A stretch of DNA of 64,000 bases from Octopus sinensis (taxonomy: Eukaryota): the NCBI RefSeq assembly GCF_006345805.1, contig NC_043000.1, positions 112,716,001 to 112,780,000 of the forward strand, read 5' to 3'. Positions 1 through 12,621 of this stretch are shown here, in pieces. The notes beneath the pieces were generated by a model. The model was not told the origin of the DNA. It did not search any database and saw nothing but the letters and a program-made list of their open reading frames with translations. A program made the translations under genes and the position numbers. Within the stretch, counting starts at the first letter, position 1; each line of letters begins with the position of its first letter.

Positions 1-1066
1 AAATCATAGATTAACCAGTACATCTATAGGACTACATTTAAAGCTTGTTTAGTGACACAAAGCAAACATAAAAAAGCTAACAGCTGTTTCTGACCAGATT
101 CCCAGAATGCAGTATATACATAAATACGAGAATAAAATTCTTCATCTTCATAGGGCATTCGATCTTCATCAGAGTAAAAAAACAAGAGCATACAATGCGA
201 TGGGTATTTTTCAATTTTCGTCTTCCAAGTCAATTCCCAAGACTTTGGTCGGCCCGTAACTGTAGTACAAGGTTGAATTTGCTGCTGTCATATTCCTGAA
301 CATAAGGTGTTTAATTAATGCATCCCCGGATATTACATCATTGTGGGTTTAATTACATCTTATGTGGTTTAATTGTTAAACTATGGAATTATGAAAATTT
401 AAAAGGTCAAGCATCTCTGACCTCTGGTTTTTTTTAGCGGAATATGGGCTGATGAAAACTTTCGAATCAGGCTACCAACTGGGAGTTACCACAACCTCAC
501 GGTCAAGCAACTAAAATACCAGTCATTCTCTGGGATTGATACAATCTACTGCTCCAGAATCGACTTACTTCTAATTTCTGGATCTTTCCCTACGTTAGAT
601 TCGATTATTGTTGCGTCAGTGCCGAGTTTCTCAAACATTTTTGCCTATGGAACGCCTTGATTCCTATTTCACTGGTGTGAAGCCTCATAGCCATTCGATG
701 TTTGAAAAATCATATTAAATATTTACAATTAAATATTATTAGAAATTGTGTTAAATAAAAATCGTTAGAATATTTTGTGTATTGTCGAAATACACCTAAT
801 ACTATTGCATCAGTTTTAACTACAAGGTGTTATATGGAACCCGAAGAGCCTCTTGGAGCCCAAGGGCCATAGGGATACCCAGGCGCCGTAAGGATAGCCA
901 AACGCCATATGGACTCCGGCTGCAGACCTCTGTGAGAGTGCTATTGTTATTGTGGCTACGATAGCTGTATTGTATATTGTTGTTTTTATTTCTATTTTCT
1001 TTGCTGTTATTGTTTATTGTTATTGATGTTGCTAATTGATGCTAATTAGAAACTATTGTTTTTAGC

Positions 1067-1490
1067 CCCAGATTAATTATTATCGAAAAGCACATTAAAC
1101 ATATGCGTTCCAATCAAGACCATCTCTTTTAAACAGTGTATCTAGGACATTATCTCACATCTCCATATATCATTCCTTAATGAAAGGAGAGCTACATTGA
1201 AGAAGGTTTCCCTGCTATTTCTAACCGACCGGAGGACCTGCTAAGTGCTGCTTTTCTGAGTCCTTCAGCTTTTGCTCTCGTTAGTCCCAGATTAATCATT
1301 ATTGAAAAGCACATTAAACATATGCGATCCAATCAAGACCATCACTTTTAAACAGCATATCTAGGACATCATTATTTGATATCTCCATATATATGATTCC
1401 TCGGTGAAAAGAGAGCTACCTGTTATTTCTAAACGACCGGACAACCAGCTAAGTGCTGCTTCTCTGAGACTTTGGGCTTTTGCTCTCGTT
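1067..1490. repeat. Diverged tandem duplication of a ~219-bp interspersed-repeat-like unit (2 copies)
   Basis: CCCAGATTAAT..GAAAAGCACATTAAACATATGCG..CCAATCAAGACCATC..GCTAAGTGCTGCT..GCTTTTGCTCTCGTT occurs at 1067 and again at 1286, with many substitutions and indels. Confidence 0.8.
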
Positions 1491-1909
1491 GTTGTTATTG
1501 TTCATGTTTGATATAATTGTGTTCTTCTTATTATTGTCTCTCCAAGTGTTGTTGTTATAAATAATGATTTCGTTATTCGTTTCTGTTGTTCTTCTTGTTA
1601 TTGTTGTTGCTTCTGAAGTTAATGATACCTACTCATGCAATACACACAGAGTTTTACGATTAATAACAAACGCAACACAACAAGAGAATAGCAACAACAC
1701 AACAACAATAACAACATCAAACACACGAACCATTAACAAATGCACTAAATGTATAAATATAATTTAAAAATAGCGAAGAATAGGACGGCAAAAAAAAAAT
1801 GTCGTGAACGGAACGAATTGAGTTAAACAAATTATGATTTAATGTTTGTAGTGGATAATTGCCGTGCAAAAGACACTATTTAATACATACACATATACAC
1901 ACACGTATA

Positions 1910-2000
<91 letters not shown>

Positions 2001-3249
2001 TATATGCATATATATAAGTATTATATCTATGTTATATATATATATATATAGGTATATATATGTATATATAATTAATATACATGTGTGTACATATATATAT
2101 ATATATATATAATATATATATATCTATATGTACGAATATACATATACACGTTTTACACTGATATACTCATATATCTGTGTATATACATACATATATACAT
2201 ATGTGTGTGTCTGTACTGGTGCTGTGTGCGTGTATATAATGTATGTTTGTATGTATAAGTATATACACACAGATATAATGTCTATATATATGCACATATG
2301 TGTATGTATATTCGTTCATATACACACATGCTTATAGATTTATCAATGTCTCTATCTATTTATTTATCTCCTAGTCTCTCCCTCATTGTCGCTCTCCTTC
2401 TGTCACCGACTCTCTCTTTACCTATCTATCTATCTATCTATATAAATATATATATATATCTGTATATATAAATATATATATATTATACACACATATACAT
2501 ATATATATATATAATATACACACACGCGCGCATATATATATACACGCATAAACACACACACACATATATACATAAACATATACATACACAGAAGTACAGA
2601 ATTACACACACATATTCACACACACATGGACATGCTCAATTACAAACATTCGCGTACAACTTGTATATATTATATATATGTATATATATATATGTATGTG
2701 TATTCGTATATTTGAGTGTGTGTATGTGTGTTTATTTGTGTGCGTGTATGTGCGCGTGGGTGTTTGTGTGTCGCTGTTTGCGTGAGTATGCATGTACACA
2801 TATATCTCCGTAATACGTATGTCTGTGTGTCTCTATACGCTGTTATATTTGTAACGTATGTTGAGACGAAATGTAGTGCCAACCAGTAAACAATAAACAA
2901 TATATATTTGAAATTATAAAATAATTAGATTTTCATATTTATAAAAATCTGTTCAATATGATTGATGTAAATCGATACCACACTGCACCACCCCACCCCA
3001 CCCCCACCAACACCACCGCCTCCACCACCATAAACAACAAGAAAAACAACAACAACGAAACCACCACTTCCACCACCCTGTGACCTACATGCGTTTTCAA
3101 TATACAAACCGCCATCAGTTCTCCTATCGTTATTTTCCTCCTATATAGATTTAAATAAAAATATGTTACGCACAACACCAGACATAGATGCAGACAATAT
3201 GATACATGTATATGTATATTCACAAGCTATAATAGATATATATATATAT

Positions 3250-3291
<42 letters not shown>

Positions 3292-3603
3292 ATTTATATA
3301 CACTTATGTATATTTTATGTATACACATAAATTTACAAATATATTTACACATTATTATAACATGTATATGTATGTATTCTTGACTTCAGATTTCTATGTA
3401 CGTATGTATGTGCATATATATGTGTGTATGTGTATAAAACATTTCTATGGAATGGCTAAGAAGCATTTATAAAGTTACAACACAATGTAAATATTGGGTC
3501 TTATGAAAACAAAAATATACATGCACACATCAATGTATGTATATATATCTATATATATAATATATATTATATATATATATATATAAGATATATATATAAT
3601 ATA

Positions 3604-3634
<31 letters not shown>

Positions 3635-3844
3635 GTTTAGAGAAAAAGAGAAGTATGTGGATAGATAGATATTTAGATAAATATATTTGAAATAATTGAT
3701 GAAGGGACAGATTATACTGTAAGCTTTAGTTAGCACGACGATCGTTTCGGATGCAATGAACGATGCACCCTAGTTTAGAATGGAATGCACCCCATAATGC
3801 AGAAGAAACCTAAACAGGTCACATAATATATATATATATCTTTT

Positions 3845-4026
3845 TTTAATAATTTTGATATATATTTAAAATAATATAAATTAATTAATCTTAAGTTTTT
3901 CATTGTATGATTTGCCTAATAGTGGTTTTATCTCTAATTTAATATAATATAATATTTTACTATAAAATTGGATTCAATCCTAAATCTGATTTTTCCCTGT
4001 AAGTTTGGATTTATTCCCTAATATTT

Positions 4027-4030
<4 letters not shown>
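3845..4030 (-). mobile_element. (TA)n-abutting interspersed repeat, possibly a Penelope-like pLTR remnant; second copy at ~47178-47450 (+)
   Basis: The reverse complement AATATTAGGGAATAAATCCAAACTTACAGGGAAAAATCAG matches AATATTTGAGGGAATAAAATCCAAACTTACAAGGAAAATTCAG at ~47190. Both copies start directly at a (TA)n tract. The class assignment is inference. Confidence 0.5.
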
Positions 4031-4065
<35 letters not shown>

Positions 4066-4081
4066 GTGTGTGTGTGTGTGT

Positions 4082-4121
<40 letters not shown>

Positions 4122-4159
4122 TGTGTGTATGAAAATAATAATAATAATAATAATAATAA

Positions 4160-4989
4160 CATAGCAGCTCAAGATCAATGCCTACCAACAAGGAACTACC
4201 AGGCCAACATATTGAAGAACGGCAGTAGCCCAACAAGTCGTGTATGTCGACATCAAAATGAAACCATTGATCATGTTGTCTCCAAGTGCAGTCTTCTAGC
4301 GCCTACAGAGTATCTCAACAGGCATGATAGAGCTGCACAATATATTCCCTGGGTAATCTGCAAAAACCTGGATTTGCCCCATGAAAAAAACTGGTGGGAA
4401 CACAAACCAACTCCAGTGCTTGAAAATGATCACATCTCACTCCTCTGGAACTTCTCCAATCAAACTTTCAGAAAGATAGATGCAAATAGGCCAGACATCA
4501 TATTGAAAGACTTCAGGCAAAGAACATGCCTCCTCATTGATATGACTGTCCCAATCGATATAAACGTATCTGTCAAGACCTACCAAAAACTGAGCAAAGA
4601 TACAGATCTTGAAATAGAAATCAGCAAAATATGGAACCTGAAGACAAAAACAATACTTGTTGTCATAGGTGCCCTGGGAATGATATCAAAAGGGGCTGAT
4701 CGCTCCCTAACTCAGATACCAGGAAACTCAAAAATGGCAGAAATTCAAAAGATAGTGCCCATGGGAACTGCTCATACCTTACGCAAAATACTTTCTATGT
4801 AATCTCAAGTTTTAAAACAAACATAATTTTTTTTTTTTTAGACATTCACTAGTACAACACTAAATACAAAACCAAATATATGGCACACTAGGCATAACAA
4901 CATCACGAACTTCCAACCTGTTGTCTCTTGAGGTCTCTGGGTGAGACTTGGAGTCAACTTGTACAAATATAAAGCAAAAGTCAAACATA

Positions 4990-4990
<1 letters not shown>
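4160..4990 (+). mobile_element. 5'-truncated R4/Dong-like non-LTR retrotransposon (CCHC zinc finger + restriction-like endonuclease), ORF part 4160-4802
   Basis: Translation IAAQDQCLPTRNYQ..CRVCRHQNETIDHVVSKC..YLNRHD..ISLLWN..RPDIILKD..LLIDMTVP..K..K..VVIGALG..GTAHTLRKILSM* shows the zinc knuckle, RHD and PD..D..K motifs of RLE-type LINEs. Flanked by (AAT)n at 4134-4159 and 4991-5058. Confidence 0.88.
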
Positions 4991-5061
<71 letters not shown>

Positions 5062-5386
5062 TACTAGGAAGTGAAAAGCAAAGAATGACATCGATATTAG
5101 GTAAATAAATGAATATTTATATATATATATATATATAATTTAGGACAATCAGTAAGTTGTCATTATGAGACTGGGAGCTTCGAATGTCAGAGCGAAGAGC
5201 TACGATGCTTTCTCGTCGACTATTAAGGACATAGATGGTAAAATGTTTTTATTTTTTCATTTCGTTCCTGTCGAATTTGATCCCTAATTTCGTGGTCATA
5301 GAACCTAGCTGTTCTTTCTAGCGTGTTGAATCCCATGAGTGGATTCCTTATGTGTTTATATATATATATATGTATATATATGTGAA

Positions 5387-5722
5387 GGCGCATGGCTCAG
5401 TGGTTAGAGCGTCGAGCTTACGATCGTGAGGTTGTGAGCTCGAATCCCGGACCGGGCTGCGTGTTGTGTTCTCGAGCAAGGCACTTTATTTCACATTGCT
5501 CCAGTTCACTCAGCTGTAGAAATGAGTTGCGACGTCACTGGTGCCAAGCTGTATCGACCTTTGTCTTTCCCTTGGATAACACTGGTGGCGTGGAGAGGGG
5601 AGGCTGGTATGCAGGGCGACTGCTGGCCTTCCATAAACAACCTTGCCCGGACTTGTATCTAGGAAGGTAACTTTCTAGGTGCAATCCCATGGTCATTCAT
5701 GACCGAAGGGGTCTTTACCCTT
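5387..5722 (+). mobile_element. tRNA-derived SINE (family C)
   Basis: tRNA-like head GGCGCATGGCTCAGTGGTTAGAGCG..GCTCGAATCCC (A and B boxes), then a tRNA-unrelated body (TGTTCTCGAGCAAGGCACTTT..CAGCTGTAGAAATGAGT), embedded in (TA)n. Confidence 0.8.
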
Positions 5723-5790
5723 ATATGTATATATGTATTATCTGTATATATGTATATATATATATATATATATGTATAATTAGATATATA

Positions 5791-5825
<35 letters not shown>

Positions 5826-6730
5826 AATGCAACAATAAAAAAAAAGTGCTGACAAGGATTGGTGAAGCAAAACGGGTAAGTGCATAAAAGTGCGTAATTT
5901 CTAATATTTCGTTATTTTATCCCTATCAGAATCCACAACATTGCAATATTGTATCTTTATTACCCACTGTTGCATCATACTCGCGGGTATAAATTGCCCA
6001 GCGTAGTTGCTTCTGTTGAAGCTGAGAGAGTTTGGAACATAATCAGGTGACAATTACATAGTTTTTCAATAAATTGTTCCCCAGCATTGGCCTAATTATA
6101 ATTGAATGTTACTATTAAAAAGCCTTATCAGTATTCGGTGTTTAAGAATCAAATTTATTTTCTCTAATGGATTTTACGTCACTTTTTCCCCGCATTAATA
6201 TTTATTTTGACCATTTTTAATTTTCAAAAAAAGATGTCTAAAGCGGGGCAAAATCAGTAATAACAAATTTCAATAATTCCTTTTGCTTTAACTGCATTGT
6301 ACAAAATATATCAGGAAGCGAGTCACTCCAGCAGATCGTGAAGAAGCTATGGAGAATATTTTATGTTGAGGTTTTAAATTTAGTCGGGTTTCGTTAATTT
6401 TATATCATGTACCGTTTTATCCTCGCCCTCTTTCAGTTGATAGAGATATCATACATTTTAGTTACATTTCTGATCTTTCTGATGTTTAAGGACGGATATT
6501 GAAGTGTTTGAGTCTGTTTTCAAATGTAATGCTAGAGAACTGAAGAGGGAAAATGTACCCCCTTTCCTCTTGCTCCTTTTGTCCCCACCTATATATATAT
6601 AGATATATATATATATATATATATTATATAAAAAGTTCAGCAAAATTTAGATTCAAATGAATATGGTACTTAAGTCAGATGCACCAGAATTTTGTACGGT
6701 ATTATCCATATAATTCCATGGGGTGATTAT

Positions 6731-6970
6731 AATCCAAGTAAGCAACAAGAATACCTTCGGTAATTTGGTACGATCGTTTCACGCTACATCATTTTATTAA
6801 ACATTGTAAGTATTATAATACGTATATGTATTGATGGAAAACCTCTATGAATGGCTGATGATTACTCAACATTTTAAAACTGATGTAATACTTACAATGT
6901 TTAATAAAATGATGTAGCGTGAAACGATCGTACCAAATTATCGAAGATATTCTTGTTGCTTACTTGGATT
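6731..6970. mobile_element. Palindromic MITE-like hairpin element (85-bp arms, 70-bp spacer)
   Basis: 6731-6815 is the reverse complement of 6886-6970 with only 2 mismatches; TA dinucleotides lie at or next to both ends. Confidence 0.75.
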
Positions 6971-7762
6971 GTATATAATATATATATTGTATGGTCAAAG
7001 AGAACGGAGATAATTATCTAAAACAGTGTTCTGAATATATATGTAATAATGTTTTTGATGCATTTAGAGAAGGTACTTCGCTTAGTTGATAGAGTTTTGT
7101 AAAATAACATTTCTAAAAAGAATATGTTTTCCTCATTGTTCCACCCCACCTTATTTCATGCTGCAGTAAGGCAGCTAGCAAGTAGAATCGTCTGCGTTTC
7201 GTTCGTCTTTATGTCGTGAGTTCAAATCCCGCTGAGGTTAACTTTGGCTTTTCTCCTTTCGGGTTCGATGGAATAAGTAATAGTTAATCACTGGAATAGA
7301 TGTAATTAAACTAATCCTCTGACCCCAAATATCAGCATTTGTGCCTTTAGTAGAAAGGATATTTTATCTTGAAGCGTTGATGTCTTGTAGGATTGTAGGA
7401 CTGTAAAACAAAATGCTATATTGGATAACAATATTTTGAATATAACCAGGAATTGGAATCTAACAAATAGATTTTAAAGCAAAAGAATTAGCATTTTGGA
7501 CCCAGCTCTGACAGAGTTCCCATGAATTTGTTACTAGAGAAGCCATAAGTAAAAAATACAGCTATCTGCAATTTCAGTACATAAACGGTTACTATTGATG
7601 GTGTATATGTGAACAGACTCATATACATACAGACCACACCATAGTACAACAAAGGGTCAAAACAAACCACAATCGAGGATCACCCTACACCACACACCGC
7701 GGTCACTCACAAACCACACTAGACGGTCAGCACACGGACACAAACTAGACAAACCATATAAT

Positions 7763-7808
<46 letters not shown>

Positions 7809-8565
7809 TACACACTCACACGCACATATATATATATGTATGTATATATGTTTATATACATATATAAATATATTTATGCACATACACACACACAAAATTG
7901 TATATATATATATATACTTATATATTTATTATATATATATATGGATATATATATATGTATATATACGTATGAATATATACCTATGTGTATATAGGTATAT
8001 GTATATACCTATGTGTATATACGTACGTGTATATATGCATATATATATATATATATAATTTTAATATTTATCTCTGTGTATATGTGTGTCCATGCGTATG
8101 TGTATATAACCCATTAATTGCTGGAAATGTCGAATCAGCAAACCAGTTCTGCACAATTGTCCTTCCATTAATTTCAACAATTCCACCCCACTTCACAAAT
8201 AATAGTAATAATAATAATAATTAAAAAAACGAAAAAAACCCATTCACCTACAATCTCAAAGACAAAACCAAAAACACAAAAAAAAACATACAACGGAATG
8301 AAAAAAAGAAACAAACAGAAAATTGTAGCGACGTGTTTTTGTTATTTTTTCTTAACTTTTTAAATTTTTTTTTGCAGGAACTGGAGCTAATGAATCGGTA
8401 AATTCCAAAATATCTAGAAATTTCTCCCATTATTCTCCTCGTGTTTCTCTCACATTTTCTTTAACTAGCTGTCTCTATCACTAACGGCTAATCACTCTCT
8501 TGCAAGCGGTTCTCTTCAATCTATTTCTTCGTATTTGCTTGTCTATTTAATCTAGAATGATGCAA

Positions 8566-8624
<59 letters not shown>

Positions 8625-8723
8625 GGTTGAAGTGGCAATGATCTCTTCGTTAGTGACGAGGACAGCGTGAACATAACAACAAAATAAACAATTGAGAAAA
8701 ACACCAGTCCCACCTGTGCCACC

Positions 8724-8755
<32 letters not shown>

Positions 8756-8778
8756 CAACAACAACAACGATAATGATA

Positions 8779-9088
<310 letters not shown>

Positions 9089-9348
9089 ATAATAATAATA
9101 ATAATAACAATAACAATAATAAAGATATATATTTAGGTGTGTGGATACAAATATATATATAAATGTATATACATGTATGTACAGACAGGGTGACATAGTT
9201 GCGTGTATTTACACACACACACGGATTTGTATGTGTATATATATATATATATAAACATTAATATATTAATATATTCTCATATAAATATATTTATATACAT
9301 ATAACTATGCGCGCATGTGTGTGTGTGTATACATACATACATACATGC

Positions 9349-9388
<40 letters not shown>

Positions 9389-9440
9389 CTGTGTATATAA
9401 TGCGCGAGCGTGTGTGTGTATATATATACATACATACATC

Positions 9441-9477
<37 letters not shown>

Positions 9478-9520
9478 CATACACACACATACCACACACA
9501 CACACACACACACAACACAC

Positions 9521-9568
<48 letters not shown>

Positions 9569-11561
9569 TGCAGCACACAATTTTGGGACGACTAAAGAAT
9601 TCACTGACAGAAACTCAGTAAAGATGGTTAATAAAACTATTATTAATCGTATTAATATGACTGATGGGAATAATAACGGTACTCATATAGTGGAACATAA
9701 TCCGAATGACTCTAGCGGGATAATAAACACCCGTTTAGCTAACAATAGGAGTGAAACGCTATAGAGCCTTCGGAAGATAGTGTAAGGGAGATAACTGATC
9801 CAAAACCAAACTCATTTGAATTAAATGAAGCGAGTAGAGAATATAATAATACACCCAATTTAACCTATAACGAAACTAATAATACCCATAGGTTAATACT
9901 TAATAATATAGACATAAACTTAATAATTCTGCCAGTAGCAAGCGTAGTGTTAATGTTAATAAGCATCATTGAAACTGTACGAATAAATTACGTCTGCTTG
10001 AGATGTTTCAGAAAGAACATAGTTTAAAGAAGTCTAGTGACGGCTGATGGAATTTCTAGTTATTACATAGGATTGTGTTCTGCGGACTTTAAGCGGAGAT
10101 TGTGTTACTACCTTTATTCGTTCAAAGATAGGGAAACATGATAAATTGTCCGAGGTTTAGTGGGGTCATCTGGTTTTTGAATGATAAGAAGAATAAATAT
10201 CATATTAAAATGGGGAACAATTAGTAGAGCTTCACCATATACAATTTTGAACGTGAGTGTAGTTTATGCTTTGAAGAAATATTCCATATCTTTACCACTG
10301 ATTATAGGTTATTAAACCACCGAAACGAGTTAGCTCTGAAATGCTCGATTTTTTTTGCTAAGTATTTAAGTCCTTTCCAAATAAAGATTTTTAGGAGGAT
10401 ATCACGTAAGTAGAAGTGCTCATAGTTTAGCGTAACCTCTCAATAAACTGCCCTCCTCTTTTTTTAAATTCCTATTTATTTTCGCTTTCTTTTGATTCCT
10501 CTCTATCTAGCTATTTATCTTATAGGTATCATCCTATCGTCATTATGAGTGGTGAATGAGGTAAATACATCCTGATCTAGTTAAGATTTCTTCTGCTATT
10601 AAGAATATAATATAATCTGTTCCTTAGATTGTAAAAGACCATTCTAAGTTTAAATGATACCATCAGCCAGTATATATTTCAAAGCAATGCCTACGATCAT
10701 GTAAAATAAGACTTTATGATTCCCTCATCTAGAATATACCTTAAGAACTCAGCTGAAATCCTCAGCTGCACGAAGACATAGAATGTAATTAAATTAGAAC
10801 ATATGGACACATTAGTATAATTATACTTAAAATATCCAAGAAGTTAAGGAGATAGACAAAGAACATGCTGCCCTCACTCCAGGATAGAAGTTACTAAGGT
10901 ATCAAGAAGATATACATTGTTACAGACTCTGCCTGTCACTGATTTTTTGTTTTTATGGCGTTAGTTTTAATTTATAGACTAGTTTATCAAATCTTTGTAT
11001 ATCTAAGGCTGAGAGAACAAAGAAACAGTATCTGTTAGGGATAGGGCTGAGAGAGCAGACAGAAATCATATTTGGTATAGTCATACAAATCAAGATTTAT
11101 TAGAAGCAATATCATGAGGTTCGGTAAAGGAAATTTAAAGCAAAATGTTAGCTGACAATTAAGAAGGTCGCCCACTAGCAACCCATTGACGATGAAACGG
11201 GAGTTTTATAGTTAAAATATTTTAAACAACGTTGCTATATTGTAGACAGTTAAAGTTTAGGGTTATTCAGAGGATTATTAAGAAGCATATTATTACAAAA
11301 GATAGAAATTTTTGACTACTTTTGAGTATATACCAAACTTTTACCACAATAGAGGGACGAAAAGAAATTATCCAGAAATAGTTTAATGTTTATACATATT
11401 GTACACCTAAATACTAACTCATCAAATGGTATCTGTGAATATTGATTAATTGGTATATTCTGGTATTAATAAAGGAATATTGAGGTAAAAGAACATGCTA
11501 ATTATATATTAATAATTATATAGCTAATTATATATAATAATTATATGCTAATTATATATTA

Positions 11562-11970
11562 GGCACAGGGGTGGCTGTGTGGTAAGTAGCTTGCTTACCA
11601 ACCACATGGTTCCGGGTTCAGTCCCACTGCGTGGCACTTTGGGCAAAGTGTCTTCTACTATAGCCTCGGGCCGACCAAAGCTTTGTAAGTGGATTTGGTA
11701 GACGGAAACTGAAAGAATCCTGTCGTGTATATGTATATATATATGTGTGTGTTTGTGTGTCTGTGTTTGTCCTCCCAACATCGCTTGACAACCGATGCTG
11801 GTGTGTTTATGTCCCCGTAACTTAGCGGTTCGGCAAAAGAGACCGATAGAATAAGTACTAGGCTTACAAAGAATAAGTCCTGGGGTCGATTTGCTCGACT
11901 AAAGGCGGTGCTCCAGCATGTCCGCAGTCAAATGACTGAAACAAGTAAAAGAGTAAAAGAGTAAAGAGTA
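11562..11970 (+). mobile_element. tRNA-derived octopus-type SINE family A, full-length copy
   Basis: Head GTGGCTGTGTGGTAAG..GGTTCAGTCCC (A/B boxes), CORE-like TGGCAC(C/T)TTGGGCAA(A)GTGTCTT, internal (TA)/(TG) tract, and tail GGTGCTCCAGCATG..CAGTCAAATGACTGAAACAAGT(AAAAGAGT)n. Confidence 0.85.
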
Positions 11971-12224
11971 ATAAAATTATAATCTAAGCAGTTTTTTAAA
12001 AATAAATTGTGAATATACCAGTATAGATTTATATAAGCTAAGTATGAATTTATAGAGGTACAAAAATTAAATTAATCTTATAACTAAATAAAGGCTAATT
12101 ATAAAAAAATAAAGAAATAAAATAGGGCAGAACACCGTAGAAAAGGAATAAAATAGCTTAATTACTAAAACCATGATAAAGTATATGTAGCTTATTAACA
12201 CCAATAGAGAAGATTTATAAAAAA

Positions 12225-12621
12225 TCTTTATATATAAAAGTGAGGTTGTGTGCTGTCTGTCTCCTACGATTTAGATTACTGACTATTCCCACATTTTGCG
12301 ATGCAGTTTAACCAAAACCGGGTATCTTATAGTCGTGATCATATCGAGCCCTTCTGGGTATTAGCGCGCGTCTACGATGAGTCTACGATTTAAAAAGAAA
12401 TTTACCATCAATTTTCCCCATTTTTAATGCATTTTTGGCATATATAAGGGAAGTAACTCTCTAAAAATTTATTATTAAATCTCAGAACGTAAAAAGCTAC
12501 AGTAACGCCCCCCCCCTTTGTGGTTAGCCATATTGAGATGGCTATTATACTTTACATCTCTAAAAATGCTTATATAGTTATTTACCTTACAAACCCGAGC
12601 AACGCCGGGCGATACTGCAAG
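12225..12621 (+). mobile_element. Non-autonomous Helitron-like element
   Basis: Starts A|TCTTTATATATAAAAG and ends with the GC hairpin CCCG-AGCAACGC-CGGG followed by CTGCAAG|T (degenerate CTAG). Inserted between A and T with no TSD. Confidence 0.7.

Noticed and set aside
438-660. Possible + strand exon after a TTTTTTTTAG acceptor (GIWADENFRIRLP...)
   Set aside because: One open frame of ~70 codons with no recognisable domain and no partner exons; cannot be supported without transcript data.
5387-5460. Functional tRNA gene
   Set aside because: No proper acceptor stem or terminator; continues into a SINE body.
5985-6050. hAT dimerisation-like peptide (LPSVVASVEAERVW)
   Set aside because: Too short, bounded by stops, and no other transposase motifs nearby.
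6540-6566. Hammerhead-like CTGAAGA-GGG..CCC
   Set aside because: The GAAA half of the core is absent.
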